64,000 nt of DNA from assembly GCF_964204645.1 (NCBI RefSeq), contig NC_134035.1:434001-498000 (forward strand), given 5' to 3'. Source of the stretch: Tubulanus polymorphus (taxonomy: Eukaryota; Animalia; Nemertea). A program made the translations under genes and the position numbers. The notes under the pieces are model-generated. The model had not been told where the DNA came from, searched no databases, and saw nothing but the letters and a program-made list of their open reading frames with translations. Positions 14,301 through 27,630 of the stretch are shown here, piece after piece (the stretch's first letter is position 1; each line of letters starts with the position of its first letter).

Positions 14301-16090
14301 ATACCGTCCACGAGATGCAACTGATAGCGATACCGTCCACGAGACGCAACTGATAGCGATACTGTCCACGAGATGGAACTGATAGTGATACCATCCATGA
14401 GATGCAACTGATAGCAATATACTGGATTTTGATTGATCAGATTTGTTCACACTGTACGACGTTGTTTTTGCGAAGCAGTGTTTTCCGGTTCATAGTAACA
14501 ACAGCACAAATTGGAGAAACTGAAATGATAAAACAAAATATAAATACAGATTTCAAACACATCAAAATATTACACAAAACTACAAATTTTAAAGTGAGAA
14601 GTGATGAGAAAGATAATTACCGGATTTGCTTGAGTTGTTTGCCCAGTTGACCGTTGAATGTTGGTGGAGTAATAAGACTGAATGACTCCAAGATAGAGTT
14701 GACATTAGATCTGACCATTGAGTCGACATTTAGCTGAGAGTAGCGTTGACCGCAGTTTGAGTTGACAGTACTGAGTTGATCGCAGGGTTAGATGACCACT
14801 GCGCGTTGACGGTAAATGATAGAGGAGCGAGTCGATCGCGTGGTGAGTTGACATTAGATTCAGTTGACCACTGCGCGTTGACGGTAAATGATAGCAGAGC
14901 CAGTTTATTACGCGGTGAGTTGACATTAGGTTCAGTTGACCACCGCGCGTTGACGGTAAATGATAGCAGTGCCAGTTTATCACGCGGTGAGTTGACATTA
15001 GGTTCAGTTGACCACTGCGCGTTGACGGTAAATGATAGCAGTGCCAGTTTATCACGCGGTGAGTTGACATTAGGTTCAGTTGACCACTGCGCGTTGACGG
15101 TAAATGATAGCAGTGCCAGTTTATCACGCGGTGAGTTGACATTAGGTTCAGTTGTCCACGAGACGCAACTGATAGCGATACCGTCCACGAGACGCAACTG
15201 ATAGCGATACCGTCCACGAGACGCAACTGATAGCGATACCGTCCACGAGACGCAACTGATAGCGATACCGTCCACGAGATGGAACTGATAGCGATACCGT
15301 CCACGAGATGGAACTGATAGCGATACCGTCCACGAGACGCAACTGATAGCGATACCGTCCACGAGACGCAACTGATAGCAATATAGTGGATTTTGATTGA
15401 TCAGATTTGTTCACACTGTACGACGTTGTTTTTGCGAAGCAGTGTTTTCCGGTTCATAGTAACAACAGCAAATTGGAGAAACTGAAATGATAAAACAAAA
15501 TATAAATACAGATTTCAAACACATCAAAATATTACACAAAACTACACATTTTAAAGTGAGAAGTGATGAGAAAGATAATTACCTGATTTGCTTGAGTTGT
15601 TTGCCCAGTTGACCGTTGAATGTTGGTGGAGTAATAAGACTGAATGACTCCAAGATAGAGTTGACATTAGATCTGACCATTGAGTCGACATTTAGCTGAG
15701 AGTAGCGTTGACCGCAGTTTGAGTTGACAGTACTGAGTTGATTGCAGGGTTAGATGACCACCGCGCGTTGACGGTAAATTATAGCAGTGCCAGTCGATCG
15801 CGTGGTGAGTTGACAGTAGATTCAGTTGACCACCGCGCGTTGACGGTAAATGATAGCAGAGCCAGTTTATCACGCGGTGAGTTGACATTAGGTTCAGTTG
15901 ACCACCGCGCGGTGACGGTAAATGATAGCAGAGCCAGTTTATCACGCGGTGAGTTGACATTAGGTTCAGTTGACCACCGCACGTTGACGGTAAATGATAG
16001 CAGAGCCAGTTTATCAGGCGGTGAGTTGACATTAGGTTCAGTTGACCACCGCGCGTTGACGGTAAATGATAGCAGTGCCAGTCGATCGCT
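11385..16090. repeat. Composite repeat: three copies (~11385-12200, ~14030-15155, ~15155-16090) of [29-bp array + linker + 72-bp array]
   Basis: 29-bp unit AACTGATAGCGATACCGTCCACGAGACGC and 72-bp unit beginning GACCACCGCGCGTTGACGGTAAATGATAGC. Copy numbers vary between modules. Confidence 0.9.
13302..13368 (+). mobile_element. tRNA-derived SINE-like head
   Basis: A-box-like TGGCTCATTGG and B-box GGTTCGATTCC; no clean cloverleaf. Confidence 0.4.
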
Positions 16091-17528
16091 ACTTCAATCA
16101 AAACGTAAACGTAGACGATCATAAGCGGAATATCGCGATGGTAGCGGATCCGGGTTCGACGACGACGACGAATCGAGACAAGTAAAAGGATGGTCCGGGT
16201 AAAGCCTTTTTACGAAATACAATCGAACAAAAACCATTTATGATTACAATTAAGCTCCACTGCGGCATAAAAATCCCTCAACTAACCCGTGGTATATCCC
16301 TGAACCAAATAAACAAGAATCCTATATTGGGCGGGTAAAATGTGATAATATGAGAGGAACAAGTTTATCGCGATATCAATATTAAAAAGTTAACAGGGTA
16401 AAACATTTCTTCACAGGAATGTTTTCATGTACAGTAAAAATACCAAGGTTACGCCCTCAGTTACAACTGATCTAAACATTAAGTCAGTTTGTATTATTGA
16501 ATCTATTTACATAAGATGGCAGTTAAACTGCGTAATGAAATATGGTTTCAGTAAAAAACGGCGAAGGTATCTTCAGATAGATCGAAGGGAAAAAAATCTC
16601 AATGAAATCTGGTTTCAGTAAAAATTGTAAACCTTCAGCAATCTATTTCATCGCAAAATATCAGAGTACAGCAAAACTCTGCATTCAACATTAGATCAGA
16701 TTTTAAAACTTATTACATAAGATGGCAGTTAAACTGTGCAATGAAATATGGTTTCAGTAAAAAACGGCGAAGGTATCTTCAGAAGGGAAAAAAATCTCAA
16801 TGAAATCTGGTTTCAGTAAAAACTGTAAACCTTCAGCAATCTATTTCATTGCAAAATATCAGAGTACAGCAAAACTCTGCATTCAACATTAGATCAGATT
16901 TTAAAACTTTTTACATAAGATGGCAGTTAAACTGCGTAATGAAATATGGTTTCAGGAAAACCGTAAACCTTTAGCAATCTATTTCATTGTGAAATAGATG
17001 AAAATATATATAGTTGACCTCATCATCACATTGTTATAACGGGTGGGTGGGGCCCCCCAAAACATATTGAAGTCCAAGGGCCCCCAACTAGATCTAATTG
17101 CCAAGCCACATAAAGATCAGTAATAATATATATACAAAGACCATCAACGGTCCACAGTTAAAGTGTCACAACACTGCAACACATATTCGGATGATAATAA
17201 TTATCATCGTTATCCCGAGGCTCACGCCAATTTATCGAGTTCAAAAAAGTGACTTGGCAATGTTCCGCAGCGGAGAAAAAAACCAATAAAAAACATCCCG
17301 GGACCCACCAAAAAAATAAAAGGGTACTTACTGGCAAAAGCAAACGCATACAGTCGACAGAGGCTCAGATCACAGCGCCGCAGCATAAACCGTGGAACAG
17401 CGCAGAAGCAGTGAAGCACGGACAGAGGAGAGCATGGAAGAGGCGAAGGTATCTTCAGATAGATCGAAGGCAAAAAAAGGGTAACCAGCAGCAAAACACA
17501 CGTAGTCAACTAATTTGACCTACGAAAT

Positions 17529-18880
17529 AACGAATGAGTAGTCATATACTTGAACTAACGAATGAGTAGTCGTATACTTGAACTAACGAATGAGTAGTCG
17601 TATACTTGAACTAACGAATGAGTAGTCATATACTTGAACTAACGAATGAGTAGTCATATACTTGAACTAACGAATGAGTAGTCGTATACTAGAACTAACG
17701 AATGAGTAGTCATATACTAGAACTAACGAATGAGTAGTCGTATACTTGAACTAACGAATGAGTAGTCGTATACTAGAACTAACGAAAGAGTAGTCGTATA
17801 CTTGAACTAACGAATGAGTAGTCGTATACTTGAACTAACGAATGAGTAGTCGTATACTTGAACTAACGAATGAGTAGTCATATACTTGAACTAACGAATG
17901 AGTAGTCATATACTTGAACTAACGAATGAGTAGTCGTATACTAGAACTAACGAATGAGTAGTCATATACTAGAACTAACGAATGAGTAGTCGTATACTTG
18001 AACTAACGAATGAGTAGTCGTATACTAGAACTAACGAAAGAGTAGTCGTATACTTGAACTAACGAATGAGTAGTCGTATACTTGAACTAACGAATGAGTA
18101 GTCGTATACTTGAACTAACGAATGAGTAGTCATATACTTGAACTAACGAATGAGTAGTCGTATACTAGAACTAACGAATGAGTAGTCATATACTAGAACT
18201 AACGAATGAGTAGTCATATACTTGAACTAACGAATGAGTAGTCATATACTTGAACTAACGAATGAGTAGTCGTATACTAGAACTAACGAATGAGTAGTCG
18301 TATACTAGAACTAACGAATGAGTAGTCATATACTAGAACTAACGAATGAGTAGTCATATACTTGAACTAACGAATGAGTAGTCATATACTTGAACTAACG
18401 AATGAGTAGTCGTATACTAGAACTAACGAATGAGTAGTCATATACTAGAACTAACGAATGAGTAGTCGTATACTTGAACTAACGAATGAGTAGTCGTATA
18501 CTAGAACTAACGAATGAGTAGTCATATACTAGAACTAACGAATGAGTAGTCATATACTTGAACTAACGAATGAGTAGTCATATACTTGAACTAACGAATG
18601 AGTAGTCGTATACTAGAACTAACGAATGAGTAGTCATATACTAGAACTAACGAATGAGTAGTCGTATACTTGAACTAACGAATGAGTAGTCGTATACTAG
18701 AACTAACGAAAGAGTAGTCGTATACTTGAACTAACGAATGAGTAGTCGTATACTTGAACTAACGAATGAGTAGTCGTATACTTGAACTAACGAATGAGTA
18801 GTCGTATACTTGAACTAACGAATGAGTAGTCGTATACTTGAACTAACGAATGAGTAGTCATACTCTTTGAACTAACGAAC
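17529..18880. repeat. 28-bp satellite (AACTAACGAATGAGTAGTCRTATACTWG), ~48 copies
   Basis: Highly homogeneous array with two main variant positions. Confidence 0.97.
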
Positions 18881-19119
18881 ACACTTAGTTTTACATCCAA
18901 GATAAAAGCTTGGTTTAGTTGTAGTGAGTATGTTGTAAACATACTTACATCAAAAATATTGAAAATATTCCTGGATAAGATGCAGAAAGCGAGTGCAACT
19001 TCATACATAGAGAAAGGCTAATGCCTGAACTTTTAACATGAATAACTGCATCGTACTGTAAACTCATTAACAATTACTACCAATTAATGAAACGAATATC
19101 TCGGCATTTTTATATATAG

Positions 19120-22100
19120 GGGATATAGTTTATCTTACCCCAAAGTGAAGAAATGATTCTTGTGGAGCTTATCTTACTCCAAAGAGAATTTCCATGTATT
19201 ACTAAATAAATAGGGGTTATATTCATCTTACTTCAAAGTAAAAGATTCTTACAGGAGCAGCTTGTCTTGTATTTCTTATGTTATATTTATCTTACCCGTA
19301 GGAAAAATGAGATTCTAACAGGGGTGGCTTATCTTACCCCATAGTGAAATGATTCTGACAGGGGTAGCTCATCTTACCCCAAAGTGAAGATTCATGTATT
19401 ACCTAAATAAATAGGGGTTATATTCATCTTACCCCAAAGTAAAAGATTCTCACAGGGGTAGTTTATCTTACCCCAAAGTAAAAGATTCTGACAGGGGTAG
19501 TTTATCTTACCCCAAAGAGAAGATCATGTATTGCTAAATAAATAGGGGTTATATTCATCTTACCCCAAAGTAAAAGATTCTTACAGGGGTAGCTTATCTT
19601 ACTCCAAAGAGAAAAGAGATTCTTACAGGGGTAGTTTATCTTACCCCATAGTAAAATGATTCTTACAGAGATAGCTTATCTTACCCCAAAGGTAAAAGAT
19701 TCTTACAGGGGTAGTTTATCTTACCCCATAGTAAAATGATTCTTACAGGGATAGCTTATCTTACCCCAAAGTAAAAGATTCTTACAGGGATAGCTTATCT
19801 TACCCCAAAGTAAAAGATTCTTACACGGGTAGCTTATCTTACTCCAAAGGTAAAAGAGATTCTTACAGGGGTAGTTTATCTTACCCCAAAGAGAAGATTC
19901 ATGTATTACTAAATAAATAGGGGTTATATTTATCTTACCCCAAAGGTAAAAGATTCTTACAGGGGTAGTTTATCTTACCCCAAAGTAAACAGATTCTTAC
20001 AGGGGTAGTTTATCTTACCCCAAAGAGAAGATTCATGTATTACTAAATAAATAGGGGTTATATTTATCTTACCCCAAAGGTAAAAGATTCTTACAGGGGT
20101 AGTTTATCTTACCCCAAAGTAAACAGATTCTTACAGGGGCAGTTTATCTTACCCCAAAGAGAAGATTCATGTATTACTAAATAAATAGGGGTTATATTTA
20201 TCTTACCCCAAAGGTAAAAGATTCTTACAGGGGTAGTTTATCTTACCCCAAAGTAAACAGATTCTTACAGGGGTAGTTTATCTTACCCCAAAGTAAACAG
20301 ATTCTTACAGGGGCAGTTTATCTTACCCCAAAGAGAAGATTCATGTATTACTAAATAAATAGGGGTTATATTTATCTTACCCCAAAGGTAAAAGATTCTT
20401 ACAGGGGTAGTTTATCTTACCCCAAAGTAAACAGATTCTTACAGGGGTAGCTTATCTTACCCCGAAAAGAAGATCGGGGTTTGAACTCACAGACTGAGCT
20501 CAAACTAGTAAGCCTTACCTCTCCTCAAGGGTACATAACATACACCAAGCTTATCTTACCCCAAGTGAAACATTTTTACAGGGGTTACATTTATCTTACC
20601 CCAAAGTTAAAATAGATTCTTACATGAACAGTTTATCTTACTCCAAAAAGAAGAAAAGATTCATGTATTACTAAACAAGGGTTGTAGTTTATTTTACCCA
20701 AAAGGTAAAAAATAAACACTTTTACAGGACTAGTTTATCTAGGTCAAAAGTGAAAAGCATATATCACCACAAAGTACAGATTCATGCCTTACTAAACAGG
20801 GTTTGTAGCTTAACCTACCCCAAAGTAATAAGATTCTTACAGGGGTAGCTTATCTTACCCCAAAGAGAAGATTCACTGAATAAACAGGTTAGCTTATCTT
20901 ACCCTAAAGTAAAAATAGATTCTTACATGAACAGTTTATCTTTCCCCAAAAAGAAGAAAAGATTCATGTATTACTAAACAAGGGTTGTAGTTTATTTTAC
21001 CCAAAAGGTAAAAAATAAACACTTTTACAGGAATAGTTTATCTAGGTCAAAAGTGAAAAGCATATATCACCACAAAGTACAGATTCATGCCTTACTAAAC
21101 AGGGTTTGTAGCTTAACCTACCCCAAAGTAATAAGATTCTTACAGGGGTAGCTTATCTTACCCCAAAGAGAAGATTCACTGAATAAACAGGTTAGCTTAT
21201 CTTACCCTAAAGTAAAAATAGATTCTTACATGAACAGTTTATCTTTCCCCAAAAAGAAGAAAAGATTCATGTATTAATAAACAAGGGTTGTAGTTTATTT
21301 TACCCAAAAGGTAAATAAACACTTTTACAGGACTAGTTTATCTAGGTTAAAAGCATATATCACCACAAAGTACAGATTCATGCCTTACTAAACAGGGTTT
21401 GTAGCTTAACCTACCCCAAAGTAATAAGATTCTTACAGGGGTAGCTTATCTTACCCCGAAAAGAAGATCGGGGTTTGAACTCACAGACTGAGCTCAAACT
21501 AGTAAGCCTTACCTCTCCTCAAGGGTACATAACATACACCAAGCTTATCTTACCCCAAGTGAAACATTTTTACAGGGGTTGTAGCCTATCTTACCTCAAA
21601 GTGAAGAAAAGATTCTGACAAGTTTTTCTTTTATTAATAATGTTATATCTATCTTACCCGTAGGAGAAATGAGATTCTAGGAGTAGTTTACCCCAAAGTG
21701 ATATGATTCTTACAGGGGTAGCTCATCTTACCCCAAAGTGAAGAAAAGATACATGAGCAGTTTGTCTTGTACTTTTACGATAGATATTTATCTAAGAAAT
21801 GTTGTTGCTTATGAGAGAAATGAGATTCTAACAGGGGTAGTTTATCTTACCCCACAGGGCAAAGAGATTCTAACAGGAGCAGTTTATCTTGCCCCAAAAT
21901 AAAAACATTTTTCCAGGGGTAGCTTATCTTACCCCAAAGAGAAGAGATTCTTACAGGAGCAGTTTGTTTTCCCCCAAAATAAACAGATTCTTACAGGGAT
22001 AGTTTATCTTACCCCAAAGAGAAGATTCACTGAATAAACAGGGGTTGTAGCTTATCTTACCCCAAAGATACTCACAGGGGAAGTATGTCTTACCCCAAAG

Positions 22101-23580
22101 AGAAGATTGTTTGGGGTTTGAACTCATCTAGTTAGCCATACCTCTCCTCAAGGGTACTTAACATACATCAAGCTTATCTTACCCCAAGTGAAACATTTTT
22201 ACAGGGGTTACATTTATCTTACCCCAAAGTTAAAATAGATTCTTACATGAACAGTTTATCTTACTCCAAAAAGAAGAAAAGATTCATGTATTACTAAACA
22301 AGGGTTGTAGTTTATTTTACCCCAAAGGTAAATAAACACTTTTACAGGACTATTTTATCTAGGTTAAAAGCATATATCACCACTAAGTACAGATTCATGC
22401 CTTACTAAACAGGGTTTGTAGCTTAACCTACCCCAAAGTAATAAGATTCTTACAGGGGAAGCTTATCTCGCCCCAAAAAGAAGATTGGGGTTTGAACTCA
22501 CTGACTGAGCTCAAACTAGTAAGCCATCCCTCTCCTCAAGGATAGCTATACATAACATACACCAAGCTTATCTATTCATTTATTAATTATCTATCTTACC
22601 CGTAGGAGAAAAGAGATTCTTACAGGGGTAGCTTATCTTACCCCAAAGATTCTCACAGGGGTAGTTTGTCTTACCCCAAGATAAACAGATTCTTACAGGG
22701 GTAGCTTATCTTACCCCCAAAGAAAAGATTCACTGAATAAACAGGGTAGCTTATCTTACCCCAAAGAGAAGATTCACTGAATAAACAGGGGTTGTAGCTT
22801 ATCTTACCCCAAAGATTCTGACAGGGGAAGTATGTCTTACCCCAAAGAGAGGATTGTTTGGGGTTTGAACTCATCTAGTTAGCCATACCTCTCCTCAAGG
22901 GTACTTAACATACATCAAGCTTATCTTACCCCAAGTGAAACATTTTTACAGGGGTTACATTTATCTTACCCCAACGGAAAAAGTTTCTTGCAGGGGTAGT
23001 TTATCTTACCCCAAAGTAAGAATAGACTCTTACATGAACAGTTTATCTTTCCCCAAAAAGAAAAGATTCATGTATTACTAAACAGGGTTTGTAGCGTTTA
23101 TCTTACCCCAAAAGAGAAGGGATTCTTACTCTTACAGGAGCAGTATATTGATCTTCTACCCAAAAAGATTCTTGTATTACTAAAATAAACATGGGTAGTT
23201 TATCTTACCCCAAAGAGAAAGGTGATTCTAACAGGGGTATTCCGTCGTACCCCAAAGAGATTCTAACAGGGGTAGTCACCCTAATAATAAAAAGATTCTA
23301 ACAGGGGTAGTTTATCTTACCCTAAAGAGAAGAGATTCTAACAGGGGTAGTTTATCTTACCCCAAAGTGGAAATATTATTACAGGTGCAGTTTATATAGG
23401 TCAAAAGTGAAAAGCTTATATTAGCACAAAGTACAGATTCATGTATTGCTAAACAGGGGTTGATAGCTTAAATCTTACCCCAAAGTGATTCCAACAGGTG
23501 CAGTTTATCTTACTTCAAAAAGAAGATTCTTGTATTACTAAACTGGGGCGGTATTCAACTTATCCCAAAGTGAAAAAAGA
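19120..23580. repeat. Complex satellite built on the palindromic core GATTCTTACAGGGGTAGYTTATCTTACCCCAAA, with higher-order blocks
   Basis: The core recurs every ~40-60 bp; larger blocks are duplicated (e.g. near 20460, 21455 and 22470). Confidence 0.92.
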
Positions 23581-24006
23581 TTCGTATGATAATAACCGAT
23601 GCATCATTAACCGGGTATTGATACAAAAATAAGTGTTAGATACGCATATTCTCAAATTATAGACACCACACAAAAACCATAAGATTCTACCGCATTTGAA
23701 TCGAACTATAACGTTGTCCGCCCTTCACGGAGGAAATAGTAAAGGGCGCAGAATTCATACAGAAAACAATAGTTTCAACGACAGTCTTAATAACGACCCA
23801 GCTAAATTCAGGGAAGTAAAACCCATTTGGAAATATGGTTATGAACGTCCATTTCAATCGTAATCTAATTTTGCTAGATTTTAATCTAAGTTTGCTCCGA
23901 ATTGGTAATGAACGTCTCCATTTCAATTCTAATGAAATAAATCATTTTGCAAAATTATCGAAGTATAATTATACTTTTTCTTCTAATTTTAATTCTAATT
24001 TTACAG

Positions 24007-26079
24007 TGGAACAAATTTTTATTGATAGGGTGGAGAATGGTCCGGAGGACATGAAAGAGGCCATAGACCACTTGAACCTTAGTCCCGTGTTGGACGACCA
24101 GCTGGCAGACCCCGTTCCAGCTGCTGCCTTCCCAGTTAGGCGGCCTAGGCAGCGGACCCTCCGGCAGCCGCACCCTGCTGCACAGAGGTGATCCCGTCGC
24201 GTGGACGGGCGGCTGTGGGAGGGGGAGTTACGGGAGGTAAGCATCATTTCAACATCAATGAGATTTGATATTGTACTAACCAGGTGGCGATCGCGTCACC
24301 GAAACCACCAGATGGCGATCCCACCATTTATGCCACCAGATGGAAATTTTATGCTTCATCAGCTAATAACGAAAATGTTGCAGCCGCCGTGATATTTCAA
24401 GGTAAGACATATTCGATTTTAATCAATTAAATCTCAACATCGTCGAGAAGAAAATGTAGCCCCTGATGCAGTCGCCGCTGATGCCACAGAAAATAGTAAG
24501 TCTACACATATTCATGATCCTATTTTAGATATGTCCGTTTGTAGCCAGACATTTTTGGTGGATGGGTTTATATATACTTATGTAAAAGTGGCAAATCTCA
24601 CTTGGCGGAACCAAGAATTCTAAATAAGAGCTGAAACGTTCATATTTTCAGTTGTACATATTGAATACACGCATACCAAGCGGTCCAGTTCCAGTTAAGA
24701 TTCGACTCAGTAGAGTTAAAACATCAAAACGAATTAATTCTATAACTAAATGATCGAAAATATCCATTTCGATTGTGATCAAATTGATAAGTTTAACTAG
24801 ATTCTCAAAGTTCACCAGATGGCGATCCCACCAGTTACGCCACCAGATGGCGATCCCACCAGTTATTACCAGATGGAAATTTTACGCTTCATTAGCTGAT
24901 AATGAAAATGTTGCGGCCGCCGTGACATCTTAGGACGTATTCAATTTTAATCAATTAAATCTTAACATCATGATTGTTATTATATTATAGGAAGAAAATG
25001 CAGCTCCTGCCGCTGCTGCAGTTGTCGCCGCACCTGCACCTGAGCCAGCCCGAAAAGGGCCCGCGTTGGTGCCGTGAAAGTAAGTTTGATTTGCGTCAAA
25101 TCATTTTAAGTTCGATAATCTGGGCAGGGTTTTATAGACCACATCATTTTCTCCTAGGGGTAAATCCTCAACCTTGGCCCGATTTCATAGACCGGGTTTC
25201 AATGTTGCCCCTAGCGGTAAATCCTCAACATAGGTGACAACCACCATTGTAACAATGATAAACTATGGTAATAACTGACAAATTTTTAAATGTTTCCATT
25301 TCGAACCACTTTTCAAGTGATTTTCGCGTCTCTGCACCCACAGTTCATGGTTATTCATGAAGACTTGACCATTATTTCCTGTTTTAAGTCATGTAGATTA
25401 TTATCATTGTGGTTCACCAATGATTATGAGGATATTTTATTGTTTTCAAAATTTGCATCGGAAAAAGAATTATCCCTGAATCTCTCTGGTCCTACCGAGC
25501 TATTCACATATAAGAATCCCTGAACCTTTCCAGTCCTACCGAGCTATTCACATATAGAATCCCTGAACCGAGCTATTCACATATAGAATCCCTGAATCTC
25601 TGGTCCTACCGAGCTATTCACATATAGAATCCCTGAACCTTTCCGGTCCTATAAAACCAAGTTATTCTGATACCGAATTCTCCAAACAGTAAGAAATCAT
25701 TTAATGTTTCGATGATTTAATCAATGTTGATCGTTTTGTTTTTTCCAGAGAGACGAGATACCGTTACGGCGTTCGCCGCAGCTCCGACGCCGTAGAGTAA
25801 GTTTGAATTGTTTACTGAGTTAGTGGTATTCCAGACCTGATAACGACTTTGAGAGTAGTGCCTACATTTTTATGAGCTTTGAAATATCAAAATACTTTCA
25901 AGATCACAATGATTTCTAGTTGTGGTTATTTTTCGATCTCTTTCATCTGAACCTTGGCTGTGGGAGGGGGAGTTACGGGAGGTAAGCATCATCTCAATTT
26001 GTTTATTTAACAATCATTGAAGAGATTAGGCGGAATATCGCCGTGGATCCGCGGTATTTAGTTAATTTTTTGACGCGAT
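24007..26079 (+). pseudogene. Inverted, order-scrambled pseudogene fragments of the microexon gene's 3' exons
   Basis: 24007-24236 is an exon 38 copy with TGG>TGA and a 6-nt deletion. ~24447-24495 is exon 36-like with no normal acceptor. 24991-25079 is an exon 36/33 chimera (89 nt, frameshifted). 25749-25796 is an exon 35 copy (RDEIPLRRSPQLRRRR). ~25956-25981 is the 3' end of exon 38. 26014-26079 is an exon 37 copy with acceptor AG>AA. Flanking intron sequence was also copied. Confidence 0.85.
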
Positions 26080-27224
26080 GTAAGTACAACTTTTTGCACT
26101 TATATTATACTCTCTACTTTCTCTTTTCACTGATCACATCATTTTTCATCCCCCGCTCGTGTTGAGATAAATATCCTCAACGTATATTGAATAAAGTACT
26201 GGCTGTAATGGTGTAAAACTATCTTGCTCTATCCGTTATCAATTACACTTTCCTGTTCGACCGATAATCAGAAGATTATGTATCAAAAGAAATCCTAAAT
26301 TATCTCAAATACTGACAAAACTTGAGAGTGAGAAGCAAAAAACATTTTCATGCTGGTATCACGGTTCCCTCAGTTATATGAATTCAGAATTCCCAAGTAT
26401 TTCATGGGTGATTTTTCAATTTTCCCAAATGGCAATGAACACATATCGTCATGCAACAGTCAACATTTTAGCGGTGACTGGTTGATAAAGGTGATTTTCA
26501 ACGGAAATTGCTGAAGAAAGTTGCCCTTGGCAAATACAACATGTGAAATATAATGAATTTCCCAAGTATTTTCCTGATATAAGGAAAATTTTTTCAAATT
26601 CCCAAATATTTCCAAACCGGGAATTATTATTACCAAATTCCCAAGTTTTCCCAATTTCCCTGTTCTGTGGGAACCATACGGTATAATACGCACATCGTAA
26701 ACGGATGCATAGCAAAAATCGAAAAAATAATTTGGTGTCTATAATTTGAGAATGTACCTTTATAAGAATAACTTAGTATACATGTGACTAAATATACACA
26801 TAACTAGACATACACAAACCTAGACATACACATGCCTAGACATACACATGACTAGACATACACATGACTAGACATACACATGACTAGATACACACATGAC
26901 TAGATACACACATGACTAGATACACACATGACTAAGTATTCAGGTGACTAGTCAGAGACTGCATTCGTGTTTTAATAGTTGTTATCATTGTTTCCAGAGG
27001 GTTGGAGAAACCTCTGGGGAGTTACTGGACATATCCCGTGAATCGTAGCGGTCTAACCAGGAAGATGACCATATCCAGACCAACCAGAATACCCGCTTTT
27101 GAAAACCCTTTTACATCTTCCCATATTGCTGGCTGAATGCGTGCTCGCGGCGCGTGTTGGGCGTAAATTCTTGATATCTGCACCGGCAACGTGGACCTGA
27201 GTAAAAGCTCAGCAACAATTTAGA

Positions 27225-27630
27225 GGGGAGTGGGTAGACCAGGGAGGGAATAGGGCAGGACTATGGGAGAATTTGGGAGGGGAGCAGAAATGGGAGTAAG
27301 AGGGAGATAGAAAAGAGGTAAGGAGGAGGGCAGAGTATAAAGAGAAGAGGATATGAGGGAGGGATGCAGGGAGGGAGGGAGGGATGCAGGGAGGGAGGAC
27401 AAGAAGAAGTGAAAGAGGAGGGCAGAGCATAGAGAGAAGAGATTAGGGCAGGGTAGGGAAGAGGATGTGAAGAGGAAAGGGAGAGAGGGAGGATCAGGTA
27501 TGGGAGAGGATGAGAGGAAGAGGGTTAGGGTAAGGAGAGGGTGGTAAAGGAGAGAGGCAAGAAACGTGGAAGGGAGGAGGAAAAGAAGAGAGAGGAGGAG
27601 CAGGGTAGAGGGTAGAGGAAAGAGGGAGCC
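27225..27630. repeat. Polypurine (GA-rich) low-complexity tract
   Basis: Directly visible. Confidence 0.85.

Noticed and set aside
11489-15414. Minus-strand repetitive ORFs (VASRGRYRYQL...)
   Set aside because: 29-bp units cycle through reading frames; no coding signature.
19120-23580. CRISPR-like array (palindromic repeat with variable spacers)
   Set aside because: The linkers are short and themselves repeated, there are no cas genes, and the context is eukaryotic with spliceosomal introns.
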